A stretch of 64,000 nt of DNA from Polyangiales bacterium (lineage in GTDB: Bacteria > Myxococcota_A > Polyangia > Polyangiales > JADJQN01). The position numbers were made by a program, and so were the translations under genes. Below are positions 30,448 to 41,297 of the stretch, in pieces. The notes under the pieces are model-generated. The model saw only the letters and a list, made by a program, of their open reading frames with translations. It did not search any database and was not told where the DNA came from. The stretch covers positions 384,001 through 448,000 of the forward strand of contig CAXNJO010000003.1 in NCBI GenBank assembly GCA_964202905.1, read 5' to 3'. Each line of letters starts with the position of its first letter. Position 1 is the stretch's first letter.

Positions 30448-32553
30448 ATGGCGCAGGCAGGAATCGGGTTCAACGCCACTCGGCACGTCGCGCGCGCCGC
30501 ACGACGCGGCACCGCAGCGTTCGCCATCGCGTGGCTCGGCGCGGCCTTCCTCGCCGCGAATCACGCGTCCGCCCAGCCGCTCCTCGTGATCGACGCCGGG
30601 CACGGCGGCGCGGATCCGGGCGCGGTCGGCTGCTCCCTCGAAGAGGAGGACATCGTGCTCGACGTCGCGCTGCGGCTGCGCACGCTGCTCGAGGCGGGCG
30701 GGCTCCGCGTGGCCCTCACGCGCGACATGGACGAGAGCGTGGGGCTGAGCGCGCGGGCTTCGTTCGCGAACGCGATGAGCGCCGACGGCTTCGTGAGCAT
30801 CCACTCGAATGCGAACGGTGGCACCCCCGCGAGCGGCACCGAGACCTTCATCTCGAATGCCGCAGGCGCCCGATCGCTGTCCCTCGCCACGCTGCTCCAG
30901 CGCGAGATGATCGCCGAGTGGGGGCTGCCCGATCGCGGCGTGAAACGCGCGGATTTCGTGGTCGTGCGCGACACGGCGATGCCCGCGGCGCTCACGGAGC
31001 TCGCCTTCACCAACCGCTGCGATCCGGACGCGATGCTGCTCGGCAATCCCGACGAGCGTCAGGCGATGGCGGGCGCGAAGGCGCGCGCGGTCTTCGAGTG
31101 GCTCGGGGTCGCGCCCACGATGGGCGGGACGATGCGCGGCGTGGTCTTCGAAGATCAGGGGGTCGGCACGATGGATCTCTCGGTGAGGCTGCCGGGCGCG
31201 ACGGTGCGCGTGATCGAGACGGGCGCGACGGCCACCGCTGCAGCGGGCGACGGTGCGTGGTCTTTCACGCTCCCGCCCGGCACGTACACGGTCGAAGCGA
31301 GCGCCGCGGGCCACGTCACCGCGTCGCGCACTTGCGACGTGACGGGCGGCGGCACGACCTGGTGCTCGGTGGGGCTCTTCCCGAGCGGCGCGACCGCCGA
31401 TGCGGGTGTCGCGGACGACGCGGGACAGGCCGCAGACGCCGCGATTCCCGGTGATGCGGCGACACCGGGACCGACGGCGCTCGAGCCTTCGGGCTGCGGC
31501 TGCACCGTCGCGCGCGGACGCGACGGACGCGGCGTGCTCGCGCTCTTCGCTTCGCTCGCGCTCTGGGGGCTCGGTCGACGCCGTCGCGGCGCGGCCGCAC
31601 GCACGCGAGGCGCCGCCGTCGTGATCGCGATGGGCACGGGGCTCGTCGTGCTTGTGACCGGCTGCGGCGGCTCCGGCCCCGCCGGCGATCCCGTCTCCGC
31701 GACGCGCGCAGCCGCGGAATCCGAGGCGGTCGTGCACGCCACGCCCGGCGCCCCCGTCCGCGTCCTCCACGAGCGCGAGCTGCTGCTCGTCGTCGACGAA
31801 GGCGCGGGCCCGCTCCCGCTCACCGTGCCGTATCTCGCGCCCGATGGCGCAGCGCTCGTCGCCGCGCCGGCCGATGTGCACGCGCTCTACGCCGTCTCGC
31901 TGGCCACGCCCGCCGACGCGGCGCACGGCACCCCCGCGCGCCCTCGCCTCCTCTGCGCGACAGCGCACTGCGGCTACGAGCCGCGCTTCCTCGACGCGCG
32001 GCACGTCGCGACGCGCACGCCGGAGCAGAGCGCGAGCGCGCTCCCCGGTGACGCCTTCGCGCTCGATGGGACGCCGTCACAGGCGCGGCTCGGGCAGCGC
32101 CGCGGGCTCGCGTGGGTCGAGGGCGAGCACACCGTGCGCGTGCGCCTCGCGGGCACGACACGCACGCTCCCCTCCCGCGGCGATCGCCTCGTGCGCGCGG
32201 AGCTCTCTCCCGACGCGCGCTTCGTCGTCGTCGAGTCGCTGACTTCGGACCTCACGCTGCACCGCCTCGCGGACGGCGTGCGCATCTCCCTCGGCCCGGG
32301 CCACGCAGCGCATTTCGACGCCGACGGCCGCGCGCTCGTCTTCGACCGCACGCGAGGATGACGGCCACGCGCTCGTCGAGAGCGACGTCTACCTCGTCGA
32401 CCTCGACGCGCCGACGCGCGTGCGCCCGCTCGCCACGAGCGCGCGCCTCGAGCGCAACCCGAGCCTCGCGCGCTTCGACGCGCAGGGCCGCGGGCTAGCG
32501 CCGCGTGGGAGCGCGAGGGCGCGATCGTCGTCGCGGAGATCGCGCTGCGCTGA
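30448..32553 (+). CDS. N-acetylmuramoyl-L-alanine amidase + beta-sandwich + internal MYXO-CTERM + lipoprotein-like TolB/beta-propeller-like part (frameshifts near 32358 and 32498)
   Basis: IDAGHGG, FVSIHSN, LTELAF; GCGCTVARG...LALFASLALWGLGRRRR; then LVVLVTGCGG and AELSPDARFVVV; tail ends ...AIVVAEIALR-stop at 32553 in a shifted frame. Confidence 0.75.
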
Positions 32554-32580
32554 GCCTCACCGCCCCGCCAGCCCGCGTGA

Positions 32581-33210
32581 CGCGGCGCGCCGCACTACGC
32601 GCGCCTGCTCCCGCAGCGCGTCGCGATCGGCACCGCGCGGCTCGGTCTGCGCGGCGACGAGGGTGAGCGCCGCGTCGCCGCGCACCGCTTCCGCAGCGGC
32701 TTCGTGCACACCTTCGACGATGTGCGCCGCGCGCATCCCGGCGGCATCGCGCCCGAGGCCGCCGTCTGGCTCTGGAAACGCACGCTCGATCTGCTCGGCT
32801 GGATCCACCGCAGCGGCTACGTCCACGGCGCCGTGCTGCCCGCACACCTGCTCGCGCACGCCCGCGATCATGGCGTGGTGCTCGTCGGTTTCTCCCGCGC
32901 GGTGCCACCGGGCACGCCGCTCCCCGCGTTCAGCGCCACGCATGAATCTCATTATCCCGACGACATCTGGCAGGGCGGCCCCGCGCGCCCCGCGACGGAC
33001 ATCGCGATGAGCGCCCGCGCGATTCTGATGCTGCTCGGCGGCGACGTCCGACGCGCCCCGTCGTCCGTGCCCGCTGCGCTCGCCACGCTGCTCGAGGCGC
33101 AGGCGGCGAATTCGGCCTCCGACGACGCCTGCGCCGTGCGCGACGCGCTCGATGCGGCGGCTCGCGAGGCGTTCGGCGCGCCAAAATTCACCCATTTCCC
33201 CCATGAATGA
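32581..33210 (+). pseudogene. 5'-truncated atypical protein-kinase-like gene, 3' end abutting the IS
   Basis: Open frame from 32581 (RGAPHYARLLPQ...AVWLWKRTLDLLGWIHRSGYVHGAVLPAHLL) preceded by an in-frame TGA, with no intact N-lobe; stop lies inside the IS end. Confidence 0.6.
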
Positions 33211-34634
33211 TCGGTTAAAGCGCGCGCCTTCGAGAAAGCTTGTTCTTCGCGCGGGCGGGGGCCTTCCAGCCGCGGAGTTGATCGAGAATCGATGGCTTGC
33301 TCCTCCAGTTCGGGTCCTTTCCCACGTGCACGATCACGGCGGCGAGGTGTTCCCACTCACGGGCGGCGGCTTCGCCCTCGAGGTGGAACGCACACGCGAT
33401 GCGGTAGGCACATTGCGCGACCATGAGCGCAACGAGCCGGTGGTGCAGCGGTGCCTCGTTCCGCGGACCTGCGGCGGGCCGATGCGCCAGGTTGTGTCGG
33501 TGGACGATCGAGCCGATCAGGACCGACGCGATCATGGAGGCGTGCAGCAGCGCGTTCACGGCCGCAGGGCGCTGCGCGTCGATCTCGTCGAGTCGCAGAT
33601 TCGACTTGTCGAGTTTGTTGCTGCTCTCGACCTCCCAGCGCACGCGGTAGAGGTCGGCCACCGAGTGCGGGCCGACCGAGCGCGGCAGGTTCGTCAGGTA
33701 GAAGCGATGACCTTTGGTAGGCGCGAGCACGCCGACGAGTCGCATCGGGAGCGCGTCGCCCCCGAGGGTGACGTCGACGTCGATGACGTTGCCGACTTCG
33801 AGGAAGACGTCATCGAGGAAGAGGTCGAGATCGGTCCCTGGCACGAAGGTCTTCTTGAGGTCGGCGCGGGCGACTCTGGTGACCTTCGGCTTCCAGTTGT
33901 GCTTGAGCCGAACAACCACTTTCACGCCGAACTCCTGGCACCGTCGCAGGCGCTCGAAGCTTGCGTAGCCGAGGTCGACCAGGAGCCCCATCCCGCGCCA
34001 GCTCTCGTCGATCGTGAGATGGGTCGAGTCGTGTTCGCGCGCGGGACTGAAGTGGTAGTCGACGACCGTGCCGCAGCCGACCGAGACCGTCTTGTGAACC
34101 TTCACCGCGGCGTAGTCACCCGCGCCGGGATACACGGCCTGCAGCGCGGGATGGAGCTTCACCGTCGTGCTGTCGACGATGCGCCAGTCACGCACGCCGC
34201 CGAGCACACCGGGGAGATCCACCTCCTGGGCTCGCGCGAACGAGAGCGCGATCTGCGCGAGCTCCGCGGTCGCCTTCTCGAGCGGTGGCCCGAACCAGTC
34301 GTAGAACGAGCCGCGAGCGATCCTCGGCGCGCCCGCCTCGAAGTACTGCCGCATCATGTCGGCCTGGCGTCCGCCCGAGGGGCTCGACGCCGACACCAGC
34401 ATCGTGCGCAGAAACGTCAGCGCGTCGCGCTTCCGGTCGCGCTGGTGGAAGCCCGTCGCGGTCGCGACCTCCAGCAGCACCTCGTCCGGAAGCAGGGTCC
34501 GCAGCAAATCCTGAAGTTCGGCTCCGTCCATGGTGGCGGAGAAGATCAGGTCCCCGCGCGACCCGCAACCTGGTTCGGCAGCGAGGACGCAACCGATCGA
34601 ACTCGTTCAGTTTTTTGTTAACCGGCCATCTATG
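33202..34634 (-). mobile_element. IS4-family insertion sequence, 1433 bp
   Basis: Imperfect 17-bp terminal inverted repeats CATGAATGATCGGTTAA / CATAGATGGCCGGTTAA (13/17); lower GC; no target duplication. Confidence 0.85.
33215..34531 (-). CDS. IS4-family DDE transposase
   Basis: [27 protein letters not shown] (YREK-like); stop TAA inside the IR. Confidence 0.92.
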   Translation of the reverse strand: MDGAELQDLLRTLLPDEVLLEVATATGFHQRDRKRDALTFLRTMLVSASSPSGGRQADMMRQYFEAGAPRIARGSFYDWFGPPLEKATAELAQIALSFARAQEVDLPGVLGGVRDWRIVDSTTVKLHPALQAVYPGAGDYAAVKVHKTVSVGCGTVVDYHFSPAREHDSTHLTIDESWRGMGLLVDLGYASFERLRRCQEFGVKVVVRLKHNWKPKVTRVARADLKKTFVPGTDLDLFLDDVFLEVGNVIDVDVTLGGDALPMRLVGVLAPTKGHRFYLTNLPRSVGPHSVADLYRVRWEVESSNKLDKSNLRLDEIDAQRPAAVNALLHASMIASVLIGSIVHRHNLAHRPAAGPRNEAPLHHRLVALMVAQCAYRIACAFHLEGEAAAREWEHLAAVIVHVGKDPNWRSKPSILDQLRGWKAPARAKNKLSRRRAL

Positions 34635-36676
34635 GACCTCCGCGAGTCGCGCGCACACGCCGCATAGCCGATGAGGGGGCGCGCGGCGGGGATGCGATGC
34701 AGCTCACCGTCGCGATGGCGCACCTCGACGGGCGTGAGCGCGGGGAGCGCGCGGCGCACGGCGTCTCGTCCGCCGAGCAGCGCGACGCACTCACGGCGCA
34801 TCGGGCCGGGGCCCACGTCGACGCCCGGATGCGCGGCGAGGTCTTCGTCGGAGAAGGACCAGCACGGCATGCCGATCCAGACGCGACACGTCGCGAGATC
34901 CGTGGGATTCGAGAATACGATTCTCGGGCGTGATGAAAGCAGGTATTCCGGGTAATCGGAGAGCACTTGGTCGCTCAGGCGATAGGGCGGGATTCGGACG
35001 GTCCGCAAGCCTTGCGGGGCGGCGCGCGCGACGGCCCACTGCGTCGCGGTCGCGTCGGGGCGGCCGGCGTCGACGAGGCCCGAGAACGACGTGCCGACGA
35101 GGAGCAGCGACGCGACGGCGCCGAGCACGACGCGATGCGCGCGACGCCGCGCGAACAGCACGACGGCGCCCGCGAGGACGAAGTGCGCGAGGTGCGCGCC
35201 CGCGGCGTAGCGGATGACGTCGCGGCGCGCCGCGGCGACGAGCGCCGCCGTGACGAGCGTCACCGCGCCGAAGAGCGCGAGGGCGACGAGCGCGCGCGGA
35301 CGGCGTCGCCAGACGACGGCCGCGGCACCGAGCGCCGCGAGCGGCACGAGCGCAGGCGCGGCGAGCGACGGATCGAAGAGCCCCGAGCGCCGCCCGAGCA
35401 CCGCATGAAACGGCAGCTCGCCCCGCGCGAAATCCCACGACGACGCCGCCGAGGAGAGCCCCGCGAGCGAGCGCGCGTGCAACGCCGCCGCGAGCGCGCA
35501 CCACGCGACCACGCACGACACGTGCACGCCGAGCCCGCGCAGCGACGCGGGCCGTGCGAGCGCCATCGCGACGAGCGCGACCCCGAGCGCGAAGGACGGC
35601 GCCGTCCAGCCGAGCTCGAGCGAGGCCGCCGTCGCGAGCCCTGCCACCCAGACGGCACGCACGCGCGAGGCGCGGCTGCGCGCCACCTCGAGGGCGTGGA
35701 CGACGCCCGTGAGCCCGAGCAGGGCGAGCAGCGCGGCGAGCACGAGCATCGTCTCCGAGCCCGACGCGCGCACGTGCGAGGGATGGAGCGCGAGGCCGAG
35801 CCCCGCGACGACGCCCGCCGCGAGCGAGCCGAGGAGCGCGCGCGTGAAGACGACCAGGAGCGCCGACGTCGTGGCGCCGGCGAGCGCCGCGAGCGCGAAG
35901 GGCGCGCGCCAGTCGCCCCCGGCGAGGGCCGCCATCGGGCGCACGAGCTGCGCATACGCGACCCCGTAGCGCGTGGACTCGTCGGGCCCGATCGCCCCCG
36001 GCGTCACGAGCCCGCGCACCGTCGCCGTGCCGTGATCGTTCGAGTGCAGCGGCGCCCACGGCGTGACGACGACGCGCAGCGCGAGCGCGAGCGCGAAGAC
36101 GCCGAGCGTCGCGGTGAGGGCCGGCGCCGCGTGCCTCCGCGCGCGCGGGCTGCGACGGATGCGACGGGTTGAACGCACGGCGAGCGCGCCGAGCAGCGCC
36201 AGCAGCGCGGCCCAGCCTGCAACGCGCCGCGCATCGTCGGGCCAACCGAGCGGCGTCGCGTTCACGCGCGGGCCAGCGTCCTGCCGCGGTTCCAGTCCGC
36301 GCGCCCAGAAACGTCCGTCGTCGCGCGCCCGGACACGCGACGCGAGCGCCGCAGCGACGGATTCGCTGCGCGTCTCGCCGACCAGGTCGAAGCTCGGTGT
36401 CTGCACGCGCGTCGAGGCGCCGCCCGCATCTCGCGGGACGAGCGAGAGCGCGTGTTCCGCGCCGGCGGCGTCGCGCAGCGCCACCTCGATCGAACGCTCT
36501 CGGATCTGCACGCCGAGGATGCGCGTGCCATCGGACAGCGGCCCGCCCGCGATGACGAGCGCCGAGACGGCCACCTCGCTGCCCGGTCCGAGCACCTGCG
36601 CGTGCCCGATCGACGACACCGCGAGCGCGGCGAACGCCGCGAACACGGCGGGCAGCAGCGCGGGCCACGTCGCCAC
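34607..36676 (-). CDS. Multi-TM membrane protein, GT-C (ArnT/PMT)-like glycosyltransferase
   Basis: Many TM helices, LALRVVVTPWAPLHSNDHG loop, LALHPSHVRASGSE; last residues and stop come from the IS. Confidence 0.6.
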   Translation of the reverse strand: MATWPALLPAVFAAFAALAVSSIGHAQVLGPGSEVAVSALVIAGGPLSDGTRILGVQIRERSIEVALRDAAGAEHALSLVPRDAGGASTRVQTPSFDLVGETRSESVAAALASRVRARDDGRFWARGLEPRQDAGPRVNATPLGWPDDARRVAGWAALLALLGALAVRSTRRIRRSPRARRHAAPALTATLGVFALALALRVVVTPWAPLHSNDHGTATVRGLVTPGAIGPDESTRYGVAYAQLVRPMAALAGGDWRAPFALAALAGATTSALLVVFTRALLGSLAAGVVAGLGLALHPSHVRASGSETMLVLAALLALLGLTGVVHALEVARSRASRVRAVWVAGLATAASLELGWTAPSFALGVALVAMALARPASLRGLGVHVSCVVAWCALAAALHARSLAGLSSAASSWDFARGELPFHAVLGRRSGLFDPSLAAPALVPLAALGAAAVVWRRRPRALVALALFGAVTLVTAALVAAARRDVIRYAAGAHLAHFVLAGAVVLFARRRAHRVVLGAVASLLLVGTSFSGLVDAGRPDATATQWAVARAAPQGLRTVRIPPYRLSDQVLSDYPEYLLSSRPRIVFSNPTDLATCRVWIGMPCWSFSDEDLAAHPGVDVGPGPMRRECVALLGGRDAVRRALPALTPVEVRHRDGELHRIPAARPLIGYAACARDSRRSIDGRLTKN

Positions 36677-36856
36677 CCGGGCGCGCGCGACGTCGGAGGC
36701 GGACGCGGACCACGGAAGCGGGCGCGCGCATCGGGTTCACGGGGCGACGCTCACGGAGCCGAGCGCGGAAGTCAACGACGGCGCGGCCCGTGTGCCCGCG
36801 CGGCGCACACGGCATCGCGGCGACGCGACGCCCGAGCGGACAGGCGCGCTTCCACC

Positions 36857-37438
36857 CTAGGGCACGCCCAACATCCGCAGCAGCTCGAGCGGGCTCGTGC
36901 CCGACGCGAACAGACCGACACCGCCGCCGAGCAGGAGCGCGAGCACGACGATGAGCAGCGAGGTCCGCGCCGGCGGCGCGGCGCGCTCGGCGAGGCGAAC
37001 GGGGTTCTTGCGCAGGAGTCGGCGCGCGAGCACGCGGGCCATCGGGCTCTCTTCGGCGACGCCGAGCACCGCGGCCATGCAGCGGATCGCGACGCGGGCG
37101 GCCGCGGGGTCGCCCTCCTTCGCGACCTCGGAGGCCGCGAGCGCGGCGACGAGGCCGAGGTTCGGCGGGAGCGCGCCGACCGCGTCGGCGGCCCCCAGCT
37201 CCGCGTAGATGCGGCGCCAGTCGTTCTTGTCGAGCAGGGCCTCGAGCGGCTCGAGCCGCGGATCGGGGCTGGTCACGCGGCGGACGGATCGCTCGCCCCC
37301 GGCGGCGGGAGAGGCCTGCGGCTGCGCGCCCTCGACGGGGGCGAGCGGCAGCCGCGCATCCGGCGAGACGTGGTCCACGGTGAGGTCCTGCCCCGAGGGG
37401 TCGTCCGAGGCGGGCTCCACCCGCGGGTCGTGCTTCAT
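36857..37438 (-). CDS. Hypothetical protein with C-terminal TM anchor
   Basis: Helical domain plus SLLIVVLALLLGGGVGLF. Confidence 0.7.
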   Translation of the reverse strand: MKHDPRVEPASDDPSGQDLTVDHVSPDARLPLAPVEGAQPQASPAAGGERSVRRVTSPDPRLEPLEALLDKNDWRRIYAELGAADAVGALPPNLGLVAALAASEVAKEGDPAAARVAIRCMAAVLGVAEESPMARVLARRLLRKNPVRLAERAAPPARTSLLIVVLALLLGGGVGLFASGTSPLELLRMLGVP

Positions 37439-37532
37439 GGCGCCGCTACGCTCGCACGCGGCGCGCGCGATCGACCACGCCGCCCGCTCGCGAATGTCTC
37501 CGGCCAGCGCGCGCCCCCGCGGGCCGTCGGCC

Positions 37533-38405
37533 TCACCACACGAACGACGCCGACACCATCGCGCCGCCCGCGAGCGGCGCCGCGCCGAACGACGTCAGGC
37601 CCCCGTCCGCAGCCCGCGCGCGGCGGCCGTGAAGGAGGAGCGGCACGGCAACGCCGACGGCCGCGCCCAGCACCGCGCCGGTGAGCACATCGCTCAGGTA
37701 GTGCTTGTCGGCGGCGATGCGGAGGTAGCCGCTCACGGACGCGAGCGCGAGGCCGCTCGCCCAGATCGCGGGCGCGAGGCGGTATCCGCGCTGCGTGGCG
37801 ACGGTCCCCGCGGCGACGGCCAGCGCGAACGGAAACGCGGTGTGCCCCGAGTAAAACGAGAGGTCGTTGTCCGCCGGGACGGCCGTGGCGCGCTTCTCGG
37901 ACTCCGGGAGCGCGTGCACGAACGGCCGCTCCCGCCCGACGAGGAACTTCACGCTCTGGTTGAGCGCCATCGCGAGCGCCGTCGCCTCGGCGACGACGAG
38001 CGCGTCCACCCAGAAGCCGCCGAGCGCGCCCGCGTCGTGCGCCGCGAGCGCGTCGAGCCCGAAGACGAGCACCGGCGCGAGCCCGAGCGCCGTCACGTAG
38101 CTGAGCGTGTCGGCGAGGCCGCGACCGTCGCGCCAGCGGAGCGCGTCGCGGGCCGCCGCGTCGAAGCCCGGCGGCTCGCACCAGCGGCAGCCCTCGGGCG
38201 CGAGCGCGCCCTTGAGGAGTTCGGTCGCGACCCACAGCGCGGCGGCGCCCCCGGTGATCGCGAGGTCGCGCGGCAGGTCGTACGAGAGCGCGTGCGGCGC
38301 AGCGGGGTCCTGGGCGCGGACGCGCGCCGGCGACCCGCCCACGATCACGAACAGAGCGAGCGCGAGGACGGCGGGCAGCGGGGCGAGGCAGCGGGGCGGG
38401 GTCAC
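37533..38405 (-). CDS. PAP2-family membrane phosphatase
   Basis: KFLVGRERP, SFYSGH, LRIAADKHYLSDV; start GTG near 38405. Confidence 0.9.
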   Translation of the reverse strand: MTPPRCLAPLPAVLALALFVIVGGSPARVRAQDPAAPHALSYDLPRDLAITGGAAALWVATELLKGALAPEGCRWCEPPGFDAAARDALRWRDGRGLADTLSYVTALGLAPVLVFGLDALAAHDAGALGGFWVDALVVAEATALAMALNQSVKFLVGRERPFVHALPESEKRATAVPADNDLSFYSGHTAFPFALAVAAGTVATQRGYRLAPAIWASGLALASVSGYLRIAADKHYLSDVLTGAVLGAAVGVAVPLLLHGRRARAADGGLTSFGAAPLAGGAMVSASFVW

Positions 38406-38656
38406 CGCGCGACGCTGCCGAAGGTGCGCGTCGGGGTCAACTCCGCGCGCTCCTCCGGTCGCCGAATCCGGCCCGCCCGTCGGCGTCCCCGCGCCGGACG
38501 AATCCACCTGCCCCGCCACGAACGCCCCCCCGCCGAGGCTCTTCCCAACGACGAACCCACTTCGAGAATGGCACTCTCTCATCCATCGATCGCCGCGAAG
38601 AATCTGATTCTCGACAACCCCTGACTCCAGGCGCGGCGATCCCGCGCGCCTCGTGC

Positions 38657-39301
38657 TCATGAACCGCGACGCTCGGCGGCGTCGAGGTCGAAGCGCTGCG
38701 TGAACACGCTCGCGAAGCAGAAGGCGGCGACCTGCCAGAACCACACGCTCGCCCAGAGAAAGCCGATGCCGAACGCGAGCAGACCGACGCAGGACGCGAG
38801 CATCGTCGGGAGCACGATGGCCCATGCGTGGAGGTAGGGGCGGCCGCCCTGCACGACGCGGCGAAGCGCGCGCGAGGGATCGAAGATCTCGCGCGGGTCG
38901 AATTCGCGGCAGTAGTGGGACATGTATCCGGGGATCGCGATCACCGCGAGCAGGGTGAGCAGAAGTCCCAGGGCGACGACGGGCCGCGCGAGCGAGACTG
39001 GGAGGACGCGGGACACGGCGAGCAGGAGCACGCCCGGCGCGCCGTAGCAAGCCATCCCGAGAAAGGTGATGAGGCCGTGTCGCAGCAGCTCGCCCGGCGC
39101 ATCCCACGCCGGCCACGGCGCCTCGCCGCGGTGCAGGCGGTGCACGACGCGGATGCGATGCCCCATGTTCATCAGCCAACCCACCACGGGCACCAGCAGC
39201 CACAGGCCGCCAATCCAGAGATCACGCCGCGACGCCGGCGATTGCAGAGGGAACCGCCAAGCGCGCGCGAGCGTGAGCGGGCCACGGAGGTCGGTGCGCA
39301 T
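38657..39301 (-). CDS. DUF4013-like membrane protein
   Basis: AWRFP...IGGLWLLVPVVGWLMNMGH...PWPAW, several TMs. Confidence 0.7.
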   Translation of the reverse strand: MRTDLRGPLTLARAWRFPLQSPASRRDLWIGGLWLLVPVVGWLMNMGHRIRVVHRLHRGEAPWPAWDAPGELLRHGLITFLGMACYGAPGVLLLAVSRVLPVSLARPVVALGLLLTLLAVIAIPGYMSHYCREFDPREIFDPSRALRRVVQGGRPYLHAWAIVLPTMLASCVGLLAFGIGFLWASVWFWQVAAFCFASVFTQRFDLDAAERRGS

Positions 39302-39552
39302 GCGCCGCCGAGCTTGCCAGCGCACGTTGCGGCGCGACAAGGGCGCGGGCCCCGGCACACGACCGCGCGGCCCGCGCTGCGTCGCGGACCTGCATCGCCC
39401 CGCCCGGGCTCACGGATCGCGCGCCGCCGGGTTGTGCGCGCGGGGGCTGGACCGGCAGGCACGCGCGGGGCCCGGACTCGGAACATTCCGGCCCGAGGGG
39501 GAAGCACGCCCCACGCGGGGAACGCCAACGAATCCGCGCGGTGCAGCGCAGC

Positions 39553-40630
39553 TCAGAAGGCCCACGCCGGGTCGGCGAGCGTCGCGGCGGCGACCTCGCG
39601 CAGGGCCGCGGCCACGCCGGGGGCGAGCCCGAGCGCGTCGGGCAGTGCGCGCGGGTCGAGTCCCGCCACGGTGCCCGCGATCACGCAGCCCGCGAGGTAG
39701 GAGCCCCGCGCGGAGGGGTGCGAGCCGTCGTCCGCGTAGAGCGCGAGGAAATCGCTGCCCGCCGCGAGCGGGTCGAGCCCCGACGCGAGGACGGCAGCGT
39801 GCACCCGCGCGAAGGCGGCGCCGACGGGCGCGATGCGCACGCGGGCTCCGGTGCCGGCGGCCGCGGCCGCGAGCGCGCGATAGCCCTCTTCGAGGCGCGC
39901 CTCCATCGTCACGAAGTCGGGATACAGCGCGGGATTCATCGCGTCGCCGCGTGCGCGGCCCCACGTCGCGTAGAGCACGACCGCGGCGCCCCGCGCGAGG
40001 GCGAGCCGCGCGAGGGCGGTGGCGCCCTCCTCGGAGGCGAGGCGTGGCGCGGAACCCTCGGGGAAACCGGGCGTCTGGCTCTGCTCCTGCAACACGACGA
40101 CGTCCCACGAGGTGGCCTCGGGCGCGCCGGTACGAAAATGGCCCGCGAGCGCGGTGCCGTCGGTCGCCGCGTCGCGCGCATGCTGCGCGAGCGTGTACCC
40201 GCCCGCGGTCACCGACTCGATGCGCACCGGGCGCGGCGGCCGCGCGTCCGCGAAGGAACGGTAAAGCGCAGGCAGATCGTTCACGTAGGTGTAGCTGTTG
40301 CCGACGAAGAGAAGCGCATGCCCATCCGCGAGCAGCGATCCCGCGCCCGCGTCGTCGGCCGCTCCGGCCTCGGACGCCGCACCCGCATCGCCCGTCGCGC
40401 CCGCATCCGCGGCCGCGCCTGCCTCGCCCGCTGCGCCCGCATCCCCTGCCGCGCCCGCGTCGGATTCCGCGGCAGGGGCCGCGTCGCGCGGGGCTGCCGC
40501 GTCCATCGCCGTCCCGGCATCGCGGGGTGGCACGGCGTCCGCGCCGCAGCCGCCGAGGAGCGCGAGGGAGAGGACGGCGAGCGCGAGGGCCGGGTGCAGC
40601 GCGCGCGGGGCGCCGGGGTTCGTGGCTCAC
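39553..40630 (-). CDS. SGNH/GDSL hydrolase lipoprotein (frameshift within the first ~30 nt)
   Basis: LLGGC lipobox, DAGAAG repeats, LFVGNSYT, VLQEQS, DGSHPS; GTG 40630 preceded by TAGACT but one base out of frame. Confidence 0.8.
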
Positions 40631-40795
40631 GCGGGCGAGTCTAACCCACATCGATCGTGGAGTGAGCGACGGATTCGAGAATGGGATTCTCGATACCTAT
40701 TTTCGGAGTCTGCGCATTGGTGGCAAATCCACGTCGGCGACGCGCGACGTACGCGGCGTCCGCGCACATGCCTCCGCCGAGCGTCTCGCAGACCG

Positions 40796-41297
40796 TCACC
40801 CCGACCGTGCGATGCCGTGCACCGCGTCCGCGAGTGCGGCGCGCAGGAGGTGCATCTGCACGTGGCCGAAGCCCTGCCCCACGAAGGACGCGCCGTAAAC
40901 GAGGCCCGCGACGAGGGCCGCGCCGGGGACGACGACGAGCGCCGTGGGCGACTGACCGAGGCTGAGCTGCACGCCGCCGAAGAGGAGCGCGACGAAGGCG
41001 ACGGCGGTGAGCAACCCGAGGCCGAGCACGTAGAACGGCCACACGTACGGGTCGGGCCCGAAGCGCGCGTGGAGCACGCAGCACGCCCCCGGCGTGCGCC
41101 TCGACCTTCACGACGAGCTGAGGCGAATCGAAATGGTTGTCGGCGGCAGCGATCGCGATTTCGAGCCGGTGCTCGAAGGCGATCCCGCGCAGGTGCGGGT
41201 TGCCGTGTAAGAGCGCCTGGACGACGTCGCGCACCTCGGTGGGCGCGAGGGTTGTCGCGAGCTGGAAGCGAGGCCTCGGTCGCGGTCGTGCCGACAT
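40796..41297 (-). CDS. Hypothetical two-TM membrane protein (frameshift near 41085)
   Basis: MSARPRPRPRFQL...HFDSPQLVV joins LHARFGPDPYVWPFY plus 2 TMs. Confidence 0.65.

Noticed and set aside
27777..30527. 916-aa glycosidase-esterase fusion in the ORF track
   Set aside because: A frameshift near 29150 gives an Arg-rich junk linker; the true glycosidase tail is in another frame and the esterase has its own signal peptide.
33215..34531. RNA-guided or cargo-carrying transposon
   Set aside because: Only a DDE transposase fits between the IRs; no TnpB/IscB/IS110 features or room for cargo.
40370..40500. DAG/DAGAAG coding repeats (also near 20420-20530)
   Set aside because: Ordinary low-complexity linkers of myxobacterial lipoproteins.
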